Positions 48,380 through 56,097 of a stretch of DNA of 64,000 nucleotides are shown here, piece by piece. The notes beneath the pieces are model-generated. The model was not told the DNA's origin. It made no database searches and saw only the letters and a program-made list of their open reading frames with translations. This stretch comes from an uncultured Gammaproteobacteria bacterium. GTDB lineage: Bacteria > Patescibacteriota > Patescibacteriia > Magasanikbacterales > UBA922. Within the stretch, counting starts at the first letter, position 1; each line of letters opens with the position of its first letter. Location: NCBI GenBank assembly GCA_964345045.1, contig CAYFPM010000001.1:172215-236214 (forward strand), in the 5' to 3' direction. Made by a program: the position numbers and the translations under genes.

Positions 48380-49020
48380 TACAGAGGGCTCCCGAATAGG
48401 GTTTCGAACGCCTGGTTGGACCTGGGGGATCGCTCCAGAAGTAGCAGAGTGTTGTTTCTTGGCGTGTCAGGCCTAACTACTAGAATCGGCTCGTTGTCCT
48501 CACTCCAGACAGTCAAGGTTCGATCGTATTGCAGCCGAGCCCACCCCCGGAACGCAGTATCTACAAATACGAGCCTGCCGTCGTTCTTGAGTAGTAGATG
48601 TCCCCCGATGGGGAGGGTGATCCTGTCATTCTGTAGTAGTGAATGGAACTTGATACGAAAGACACGTCCAGGAATGACAGCATCCGGCTTGACTTCGACT
48701 CGAAGTGACGATGCTGAAATTTCTAGGCCGCGTGCCGTTCGAATGGTCTGGCCGGATGTTCCGCGGAAGGAGAATCGATTTCCGGTCCCGCGCGAACTGC
48801 GGTCAGGACGACTGCGACGTGTGAAGTAGCCAACGACCGCGTATCCCGTGGTGGCAACGTCGTACGCGGTCATAGCAATGCGGATTGGTGCGGCAAGTTT
48901 GACTGCAAAGCGTGCTGTCCGAAATAGCCAGGAGTCTTTCGCGTGTACTTGCCTGGAGACTGCGAGAACTGGTGATGCAGCGAGGGCAAGTAGTAGCAAA
49001 CGTCGGTTTATGAGGTCCAT
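48379..49020 (-). CDS. exported hypothetical protein (signal peptide), co-transcribed with the 47711..48379 gene
   Basis: N-terminal MDLINRRLLLLALAASPVLAVS. The stop overlaps the downstream start. Confidence 0.4.
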   Translation of the reverse strand: MDLINRRLLLLALAASPVLAVSRQVHAKDSWLFRTARFAVKLAAPIRIAMTAYDVATTGYAVVGYFTRRSRPDRSSRGTGNRFSFRGTSGQTIRTARGLEISASSLRVEVKPDAVIPGRVFRIKFHSLLQNDRITLPIGGHLLLKNDGRLVFVDTAFRGWARLQYDRTLTVWSEDNEPILVVRPDTPRNNTLLLLERSPRSNQAFETLFGSPL

Positions 49021-49201
49021 ATGTCTGCCGTGAGTGGGCGATCTACAGGGTTATCGCCTGGAAATTGAGAATAGCACAGCTGAGTGGCGGTCGGGATGTG
49101 GTAGCCGCGACCACCCAACGGAATCAGGATTGGCCTTAGCGAAGCGAACAGCTCTCGGAACACGAAGAAGGGAGCCACCTGGATAGGGGCTCCCTTGGAG
49201 A

Positions 49202-49867
49202 TCACTCGAGCGTGAACGGCTGTCCGCAGCTGTCGCAGCGGATGGTCGTATCTGTGAGCGTCTTTCGGCTCACCCGAATGATGTAGGGGCAGGCACAAGT
49301 CGCCTTGCGGCTGCGGGTCTTGGATTGTCCTTCGGTTGGTGACGATGGGTCCGTGGTCGGATCCGGTGACGTGGTTGGTCGGAACGACCGTCGGTGTATG
49401 AGCACCGAGTCGAGTCGAGCGATCTCCTTGGCGTAGCGGTCAGCGGTCTCGTATGGCATCCGCGTCAGGGCGAAGCCGTAGTGCTGGACCTGATTGACCA
49501 CGAGGCCGAGTTCCTCGGCCGCCGCCTTGAAGAGGCGGTTGTGGTACTGGTTCCGGCTGCAATCCCGCTTGCCAAGAGCGAAGTTCATGGCATGAGCGGC
49601 CTCGTGAACGAGGGTCTCGACCACGTCTTCGGCCCCGCGGTTCAGGTGCTCGGCCACGACCACCACTTCGTGCAGTAGCTGGTCGTCGGTTCGGCGCACC
49701 TGCCAGCGCAGGGGGGCGAAATGCCCCAGGATGCGGCTTCCGCCCGGGCCCCTGGGCGCCGGGGCGGGCAAGAGCACTACGTTCGGTACCCGAGGGTGCC
49801 GGGCTTGGATGGCGCGCCAGACGGCCTGGAGAGCCGTGATGAGCTCGACGCTCGAGGTCTCATCCAT
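49202..49867 (-). CDS. SprT-like zinc metallopeptidase with a C-terminal zinc ribbon
   Basis: HEAAH (HExxH) in the context ETLVHEAAHAMNF. C-terminal CACP...CDSCGQ. Confidence 0.4.
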   Translation of the reverse strand: MDETSSVELITALQAVWRAIQARHPRVPNVVLLPAPAPRGPGGSRILGHFAPLRWQVRRTDDQLLHEVVVVAEHLNRGAEDVVETLVHEAAHAMNFALGKRDCSRNQYHNRLFKAAAEELGLVVNQVQHYGFALTRMPYETADRYAKEIARLDSVLIHRRSFRPTTSPDPTTDPSSPTEGQSKTRSRKATCACPYIIRVSRKTLTDTTIRCDSCGQPFTLE

Positions 49868-50135
49868 GGCAGTCTCCGACCGGTTCGGCCGCGACCAGGA
49901 GCCCCGGCTGAGGGAGGTGGGCGTACTTGACCTGGTTCCGACGCAGTTGCCGGAAGCAGCGGTGCATGTGCTGGTTGATCATGTGCTCGTAGGCGCCGGC
50001 CACGATGTGCAGCCGGCCGACCTCTGAGGTCTCGAGCAGTCCAGTACGCTCGAGAGCGTTCATGATCCGAGCCCGGTCGACGACCGTGCCCGGGGCAAAC
50101 GGGTAGAGTTCCACCACGATCGTGATGTTCAGCAT
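49860..50135 (-). CDS. hypothetical protein
   Basis: 91-aa GC3-rich ORF between the primase and SprT-like genes on the same strand. Confidence 0.3.
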   Translation of the reverse strand: MLNITIVVELYPFAPGTVVDRARIMNALERTGLLETSEVGRLHIVAGAYEHMINQHMHRCFRQLRRNQVKYAHLPQPGLLVAAEPVGDCHG

Positions 50136-50182
50136 GTTGTCTCCTTGTGCTTGGGGTCGACCGTGCAGCCGACCAATGACAG

Positions 50183-51277
50183 TCAGGTTGCAGATTCGTC
50201 CTCGGACAAAGGGAAGGCGAAGTTGACCTCGGCGAGGTCAAGCTGACGCAGGCCGTTCACCAGCCAGCGCACGAGGCGCGGCGGCAGGTCGTCCGGCTCG
50301 ATATCCCTCGGGAGCCGAGCCAGTCGGGTCGTGACGCCGAGAGCGGTGAGCTTCTCGGCCGCGACTGCGGCGCCTCGTTCGCCGGCTTCGTTGCCGTCGA
50401 ACATGATGACGACGTCCCTGGCCTCGGTGAGAAGCACGGCCTGGGCGTCCGACAATTCGGCGCCCATGGCGGCAACGACGTTCTCGAGGCCGGCCTCAAG
50501 GAGCTTCAGCACAGTGAAGAAGCCCTCCACCAGGACGACGCCCTCTGTCGCCGCCGCCTCGCGGCAGCGGTGCCAGTTGTAGAGCACCAGTTCCTTGCGG
50601 AAGCCTTTGGGCAGCTTGTACTTACCGAACTGAGCCGCGTCCGAGGGACGCAGGCGGCGGCCAGCATAGGCCACGAGGCCCCCCGCCTCGTCGTGGATGG
50701 GAAAGGCTACGCAGCCGCGCATCATGCCGCGAGAGCAGTAGCCCACGCCGAAGTGGTCGAGGGTCTCTGGGCGGAGCCCGCGGTCTTCGATGAGGTGCGG
50801 GTGCTCGCGCTTCAGGTTCAGCTTGACCGAGATGACCGGGTTCTTGGCGGGCGGCTCGTCGGCTTCCTCTTCGTCCGAGGTCTCAGCCTCGTCCGGCGAG
50901 GGAGCCGGCCGCTCGGTCTGGCGTGGCCTGGCTGCGGGCCTCTGGGCTCGGCTCTTCGAGGTCGGTTTCGGAGTCGGCGTGTCCACGAAGTAGTCGCGCA
51001 AGCGCAAGGCCGCTTCCCGTATGCCGACGCCCTCCTTCCGGGCGACGAAGTCGAGCTGGTTACCCCCGCCTTGGCACTTGGAGAAGCAGTGCCAAACGTC
51101 CTTGCCGAGGTCGGCGTGGAAGGCGCGGGGGTTGTCACCACCGTGCACCGGGCAGGGGCCAACCACCTTGTGATCGTGCCGCTTGAGCCCCTCGAGCTGG
51201 TAGAACTCGAAGAGCACCATCTCGAGGGAGACCCGGTCGCGGATCTCTTTGAAGTTGATCCAGTCCTTCTTGGACAT
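50183..51277 (-). CDS. DNA primase-like protein (CHC2 zinc finger + TOPRIM)
   Basis: CPVHGGDNPRAFHADLGKDVWHCFSKCQGGGNQLDFV (zf-CHC2). C-terminal VVLVEGFFTV...VIMFDGNEAGERGA (TOPRIM Glu and DxD-like motif). Confidence 0.6.
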   Translation of the reverse strand: MSKKDWINFKEIRDRVSLEMVLFEFYQLEGLKRHDHKVVGPCPVHGGDNPRAFHADLGKDVWHCFSKCQGGGNQLDFVARKEGVGIREAALRLRDYFVDTPTPKPTSKSRAQRPAARPRQTERPAPSPDEAETSDEEEADEPPAKNPVISVKLNLKREHPHLIEDRGLRPETLDHFGVGYCSRGMMRGCVAFPIHDEAGGLVAYAGRRLRPSDAAQFGKYKLPKGFRKELVLYNWHRCREAAATEGVVLVEGFFTVLKLLEAGLENVVAAMGAELSDAQAVLLTEARDVVIMFDGNEAGERGAAVAAEKLTALGVTTRLARLPRDIEPDDLPPRLVRWLVNGLRQLDLAEVNFAFPLSEDESAT

Positions 51278-51497
51278 AGGTTGTCTCCATGGTCACCGAG
51301 AGGTAACGCAGGTTAGGTTGCCTACCGGAGTCCCGGCAGGGGGCGGCAAAGCCGTCCCCCCTGAGCACCGACACGGTCACTGGCCTGACCAAGGTCGATG
51401 CGCCGCGCCGGGGAACAGCCCGAGGCAGCTCGCAAAGAGCTGTGGACGCCCTTCGTGATCAGGGGGGATGGCCCGATCAAGTGATCGGGTTGGGGGT

Positions 51498-52847
51498 CTA
51501 AACACCGAGCTCGGGGAACAGCTCGTCTCGCCGTCGGGCGAAGCGCTCTCGCGATAGCCGGCGGATCAGGTCAGCGCGCTCGCGGCCACCAGGTGGAGGC
51601 GTTCGGGGCGGCAGCATGCGGGCCGTGAGGGGCGCGAGCTCTTGTCCCTCGGCCAGGAGGCGAACTGCGGCGTGGTGCGCCGGCAGGTCACGCAGGTGGC
51701 TGGCGGTGAGCGTCGGCTCGAAGCCCGGTCCGAGGTACTGAGCATCCTCAGCGCCGAGGCGGAAGACCAGGGACGAGCCGACGTTGCCGACGACCGCGTC
51801 CCGGATTTGGTCAGGCAGTTGGCCGAAGTACTGGTGGGCGAGAACCAGTCCGAGACCGAACTTGCGAGACTCGGACAGCATGGTGGCGATGGAGCCCGAG
51901 ACGAAGCGCTGGAACTCGTCGATGTAGACGAAGAACGGCGGCTGGGCTCGTCCTCGTGACCAGGCCGCCAGTTGGATTGACGACAACAAGAGCGCGCCGA
52001 GCAAGCGACTGGCGTCTTCGCCAATACCTCCCGTAGAGAGGTTGGCGAGGACAATGGCCTGGCGATCGATGAGGTCGGCGAAGTCCACCCGGGAGCGCAC
52101 CTGGCCGACGATGCTGCGGACGATGGGGTTCCCCACGAAGGTGCCGAGCTTGTTCAGGACGGGCGCCACAGCCTCAGCCTGGAGGCTCTTGCCGTAGCCC
52201 GGGAACTCCTCCTGCCAGAAGGCGAGGACAGCCGGGTCGGTGACACGCTCAAGGGTCTTCTCCCGCAGAGCTTCGTCGGTCAGGAAGCGGTAGAGGTAGA
52301 CCAGGCTCGCATCGGGCCCTTCGGCCACGGCCAGGATGGCCTGGCGGAGGACATGCTCGAGCCGCGGTCCCCAGCTGTCGCTCCAAAGGGAGCGGAAGGC
52401 GGACAACAACTCCGAAGCCAGCAGCGTTCGCGAGGGATGCGGACGCCGCCCGGCCCGGAAGACGTTGAAGGAAACCGGCCAGGCCTCGTCTTCGGGGGCG
52501 AACAGCAGGACATCTCCGAGTCGGTGCGAGGGCACCAGCCGGAGAACGGTCTCAACCAACTCGCCGTGCGGGTCGAGGAGCGCCAGTCCGCGGCCGGCCG
52601 CGAGATCCTGGGAAATGAGGTTAGCAAGCAAGGTTGACTTGCCTGACCCCGTCTTCCCGATAACGTGCAGGTGCCGCAGTCGGTCAGCCGGGTGTAGGCC
52701 GAAGCGTTCCCGCCGTCGGCGAAAGGCGGTCTGGCCGAGGACGTAGAGCGGTTGGCTCGCTTCGTCGAAGCTGGCCGAGGGCGGAGTGACCCGCGGCAGA
52801 TCCGGCACCTCGGGCACCGGGGACAGGCCGGGAATGGGAGCGAGCAC
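51498..52847 (-). CDS. HerA/FtsK-superfamily (DUF87-like) P-loop ATPase, putative DNA translocase of the element
   Basis: IGKTGSGKSTLL...LLDPHGEL, Walker B VYIDEFQRF, ESRKFGLGLVLAHQ (arginine-finger region conserved in HerA/FtsK-like ATPases). Confidence 0.55.
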   Translation of the reverse strand: MLAPIPGLSPVPEVPDLPRVTPPSASFDEASQPLYVLGQTAFRRRRERFGLHPADRLRHLHVIGKTGSGKSTLLANLISQDLAAGRGLALLDPHGELVETVLRLVPSHRLGDVLLFAPEDEAWPVSFNVFRAGRRPHPSRTLLASELLSAFRSLWSDSWGPRLEHVLRQAILAVAEGPDASLVYLYRFLTDEALREKTLERVTDPAVLAFWQEEFPGYGKSLQAEAVAPVLNKLGTFVGNPIVRSIVGQVRSRVDFADLIDRQAIVLANLSTGGIGEDASRLLGALLLSSIQLAAWSRGRAQPPFFVYIDEFQRFVSGSIATMLSESRKFGLGLVLAHQYFGQLPDQIRDAVVGNVGSSLVFRLGAEDAQYLGPGFEPTLTASHLRDLPAHHAAVRLLAEGQELAPLTARMLPPRTPPPGGRERADLIRRLSRERFARRRDELFPELGV

Positions 52848-52858
52848 AGGCAGTGGGG

Positions 52859-53473
52859 TTAGCTCTCCCGAGCTTGGTCAGGGGAGATGATTGAATGGAC
52901 CTCGCCTTGGCCGTCGACCCACCTCGGGTCGAGGATCATGTCCGGGGCGAGGATGGAGATCTCGAAGCCGTCCTCGTTCTTGTCCGCGTAGTGGCCGAAC
53001 CAGAAGAGGCCTCGGCCGTGGGGCAGTGCCTCTGCCAGGCCTCGGTAGCGTTCAGCTCGGCTCGGGGTGGTGGTGGCAAAGATGACTGCCCGCAGGCGCT
53101 CATGGCCGTAGGCCTCCTTGAAGAAGCCCTGAACGAAGCGGGCGAGCTGGGGCAGCCGGTCGAGTAGCTCAGACACGAGTTCGTGCGTGGTGGCCTCCCG
53201 ACGTCCGGTGAGCCGAGCCTTGGCAGCTTCGAGCTCGAGCGAATCGGTAGAGCCCCCGCAGCGGCCAAGGGCGCCGGTGACGAGCACGGTCTCGACGCCG
53301 TAGCCCGTAGCCAGCTTGCGCACGAGGCGGATGGCCTCGTCCTCTCCTCCCTGCGCCAGGCTGCCGATCCAAGCTCGTTCGAGGAGCCAGAGATCCGAGC
53401 CGTCGAGGATGGCCAGATTGAGCGCCGGGTAGCGGTAGACCGCGACCAGGAGCCGCCGTTCCCTACAGGGCAT
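52859..53473 (-). CDS. hypothetical protein (start taken at the internal MPCRERR Met)
   Basis: GC3-rich ORF. The upstream part of the longer ORF overlaps the XRE gene. Confidence 0.35.
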   Translation of the reverse strand: MPCRERRLLVAVYRYPALNLAILDGSDLWLLERAWIGSLAQGGEDEAIRLVRKLATGYGVETVLVTGALGRCGGSTDSLELEAAKARLTGRREATTHELVSELLDRLPQLARFVQGFFKEAYGHERLRAVIFATTTPSRAERYRGLAEALPHGRGLFWFGHYADKNEDGFEISILAPDMILDPRWVDGQGEVHSIISPDQARES

Positions 53474-53804
53474 GGCTCCCGCCGGTGGCGTCCTCTTGGT
53501 CATCCGGGGCCAGCCCCAGCTCGAGTCGCCGAGCTTCGACATCGGCTCGGCGCTCGTCGAGGTAGTCGGGCGAGAAGAGGTTCTCGATCGGGACCTCAAG
53601 AGCGAGAGCTAACGAGGTCAGGATCTCAATGGGACGGGGAACGTCCCGGCAGGTCTCGTACTCGTAGAGCTGGCGGACAGACAGTCCGGCCAGCTCAGCC
53701 AGGTCTTTCTGGGGGAGCCCATGCTCTCCGTACCACTGCCGTAGCCTACGGATGTGGAGTTGGAGCGGGCGAGAATCCTCGTCTCCTCCTTGGTTTGTGT
53801 TCAT
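53463..53804 (-). CDS. XRE-family helix-turn-helix transcriptional regulator
   Basis: QKDLAELAGLSVRQLYEYE is a classic Cro/C1-type HTH. First gene of the minus-strand operon, divergent from the recombinase. Confidence 0.6.
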   Translation of the reverse strand: MNTNQGGDEDSRPLQLHIRRLRQWYGEHGLPQKDLAELAGLSVRQLYEYETCRDVPRPIEILTSLALALEVPIENLFSPDYLDERRADVEARRLELGLAPDDQEDATGGSHAL

Positions 53805-54078
53805 AGTTATCCACAGCAGACCAGTCGACAGAAGTCGTCTCGTTTGCTATGGTGCGTTGTCACCTCCTTCTTTGTGAGTTATGCAGCTTGCCGCCCTCCT
53901 GGCGCTCATAGCTACACGTTGGAGGTGGCCAGCTGACAACAAACTCGGTCACTCGGCCAATCTCCCACGTGTTCGACATGCCTTTCATGATACCGCATGA
54001 CGGAACGAGCGGGAGAGCAGGAACCGGAGGGATTCCGCCGGTTCTGTGGATAGGTCGCGACTTGAGATGAACACAACA

Positions 54079-54105
54079 AAACTCCGCCCATGTAGGCGGA
54101 GTTTT
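54079..54105. terminator. Bidirectional hairpin (AAAACTCCGCC-CATGTA-GGCGGAGTTTT)
   Basis: Perfect 11-bp stem flanked by A- and T-runs. Confidence 0.5.
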
Positions 54106-54345
54106 GTTGTTGTATGCCTCCGGTTTCTGCTGTTCGCAGCTAGACCTCTGGCAGGTACGATAGTTCTCTATGAAACGAGGACATGTGCCTGACAACTTGC
54201 CTGTGGCCGAAGAGGACATCCGTCCCATCGAACGCCACGAGCATCCAATTCAAAATCGCGAGCAGACCGTGAAAGCTCTGGCTCGCGTCCTGCTGGATAC
54301 GCTCATCGAGCACTATGCCAGTGGTGGTAACGATGAAGATATTCT

Positions 54346-55995
54346 ATGACTACACATTACAACGTGGGTTCCGCCGGGCCACGGCATGGTGTCGGCTACC
54401 CGCGCGTCTCTGGGGCAGCCCAGGTTCACGGTACGTCGCTCGACATGCAGGAGCGAGAGATCGCTAGCTACTTCGAGCGAAACGGCATCGTGGTTGACCG
54501 GATGTTTCGCGAAGAGGGGCAGTCCGCCAAGACGAGAGACCGTAGAGCGATGCTCGACGCTCTCGACTACTGCCGGCGAAACCAGAACCGGATCACGGAC
54601 TTCGCGGTCTACAAGGTCGACCGCTTCGCTCGACAGGTTGAGGACCACTTCTACCTTCGCGGCGAACTCGCAAAGTACGGCATCAAACTCCACTCGGTGG
54701 CGGAGCCAATCTCCGATTCGCCGATAGGGAAGTTCACGGAGACCACCTTGGCGGCCTTCGCCGAGTTCGACAACGCGGTGCGAGCTGTCCGCTGCGTCAA
54801 CGGCATGAAGGAGCGCCTTGCTCAGGGGATATACCCCTTCAAACCACCAGTCGGCTACATCTGCGCTCGGCACCGAGCGAGCGGAGAAAAGAAGCGAACA
54901 CCAGATCTCCCAGATCCGAAGCTGTTCCCGATGATCCAGCGGGGGCTCAGGCTCTTCCTCACTGGAGCCTGTCGCGAGTCCGAGCTGGCCGAGAAGCTCA
55001 ACGTTTGGGGCTTCGGGGCAGAGCGGGGGAGGCCTGCTACGGTGAACCTCGTGGACAAGATGCTCGGCCAGTATCTCCTTTTCTACGCTGGAGTATTGGT
55101 GAACCCTTGGACAGGCGAGGAGATTCCTGGCCAGCACGAGCCGATGATTACCCGGCAGGATGCCGATGTGATCCGAGCGATACGAAGCGGCGTGGTTCAA
55201 CGCCCCAAGAAAGAACGTTTCAGCAGCGAGTTCCCGCTCCGTGGACTCGTGCGATGCGAGTCGTGTCGTGGCCTGCTCACTGCGAGCTACTCACGCGGGA
55301 AGCGGGGGACCCGCTATCCCTACTACCACTGTCAACGATCAGGATGCTCCAGTCGGACTCGACGAGATGACCTGCACGAGAGCTTCACCGGGCTTCTTGC
55401 ATGCCTCACCCCCGACCCGGCCTTCCTCGAAGAGCTCTTCGCCGAGGCAGATGCTCAATGGGCGCACGAAAAAGCCGCCCTTGAGGGGCGACGAGATCAC
55501 CTTCGTCGACGTATTGCCGAGCTGGAGCACCGACGCGAACGGGTCTTCGAACTCTACGAGGGCGGGGCGTACGACAAAGCAGTGTTCCAGGAGCGCAAGC
55601 AGACACTCGAGTCCGAGATCGCCGTTCTGCGGCTTCAGTCCCGGCCGACCGAGGAAGATGTGGCCGAGAAGATGGACATCTCAACGACCGCCGGGAAAGT
55701 TATCGAACTCGTCAGGAACCTCCCGAATGCCTGGAGGAAACTCCCAGTTCAGCGCTTCCGAGAGATCGCCAGACTGGCCTTTCCGGAACCTGTGCTCTAC
55801 TCCCGAAATCGGGGTTATCGAACACCTGTTCTGTCGCTAATTTATGCGGAAATACAAGGCGCTGAGCGCCGCAGTTCTCCAGTGGTAGACCACAGCACTG
55901 ACCATTGGAACCTTTTCATTGAAGAAATAAGGCAATGGAGCCTTTTGATTCCTTCTGTATTCAGAGAATGTGATCTTTCTTGTGAGCAATTATAG
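54346..55995 (+). CDS. large serine recombinase (resolvase-domain integrase)
   Basis: N-terminal resolvase catalytic domain (YPRVSGAAQ...SLDMQ), recombinase domain, CESCRGLL...YYHCQRSGC zinc ribbon, coiled-coil. The last ~35 codons are AT-rich and probably flanking DNA. Confidence 0.8.
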   Translation: MTTHYNVGSAGPRHGVGYPRVSGAAQVHGTSLDMQEREIASYFERNGIVVDRMFREEGQSAKTRDRRAMLDALDYCRRNQNRITDFAVYKVDRFARQVEDHFYLRGELAKYGIKLHSVAEPISDSPIGKFTETTLAAFAEFDNAVRAVRCVNGMKERLAQGIYPFKPPVGYICARHRASGEKKRTPDLPDPKLFPMIQRGLRLFLTGACRESELAEKLNVWGFGAERGRPATVNLVDKMLGQYLLFYAGVLVNPWTGEEIPGQHEPMITRQDADVIRAIRSGVVQRPKKERFSSEFPLRGLVRCESCRGLLTASYSRGKRGTRYPYYHCQRSGCSSRTRRDDLHESFTGLLACLTPDPAFLEELFAEADAQWAHEKAALEGRRDHLRRRIAELEHRRERVFELYEGGAYDKAVFQERKQTLESEIAVLRLQSRPTEEDVAEKMDISTTAGKVIELVRNLPNAWRKLPVQRFREIARLAFPEPVLYSRNRGYRTPVLSLIYAEIQGAERRSSPVVDHSTDHWNLFIEEIRQWSLLIPSVFRECDLSCEQL

Positions 55996-56045
55996 GTTAT
56001 TTTGGTGAAAATGTCAATGTTTTGTAATGGTTAATACAAATATAA

Positions 56046-56072
56046 AAGCCTTTCCCAAATGGAGAGGCTTTT
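56046..56072 (-). terminator. Hairpin terminator downstream of the 1300-aa gene (AAAAGCCTTTCC-CAAAT-GGAGAGGCTTTT)
   Basis: Read directly; one mismatch in the stem. Confidence 0.45.
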
Positions 56073-56097
56073 ATAAGAACTTTTTGACTTAGGTAGT

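Larger units (their letters stand above)
43320..55900. mobile_element. ~12.6 kb GC-rich (~65% GC) integrative element: large serine recombinase, XRE regulator, DUF87 ATPase, primase, SprT-like peptidase, integrase remnant, OLD/PARIS-like nuclease cargo
   Basis: Abrupt GC shift at both borders. The recombinase gene lies at the right edge and reads through into AT-rich flanking DNA. The gene set is typical of small integrative mobilizable elements. Confidence 0.6.

Noticed and set aside
50570-51316. 248-aa + strand ORF
   Set aside because: Antisense to the primase gene (zf-CHC2 + TOPRIM motifs on the minus strand); a high-GC artefact.
53183-53806. 207-aa + strand ORF
   Set aside because: Antisense to the XRE regulator and hypothetical gene; Arg/Gly/Pro-rich, typical of GC-rich non-coding frames.
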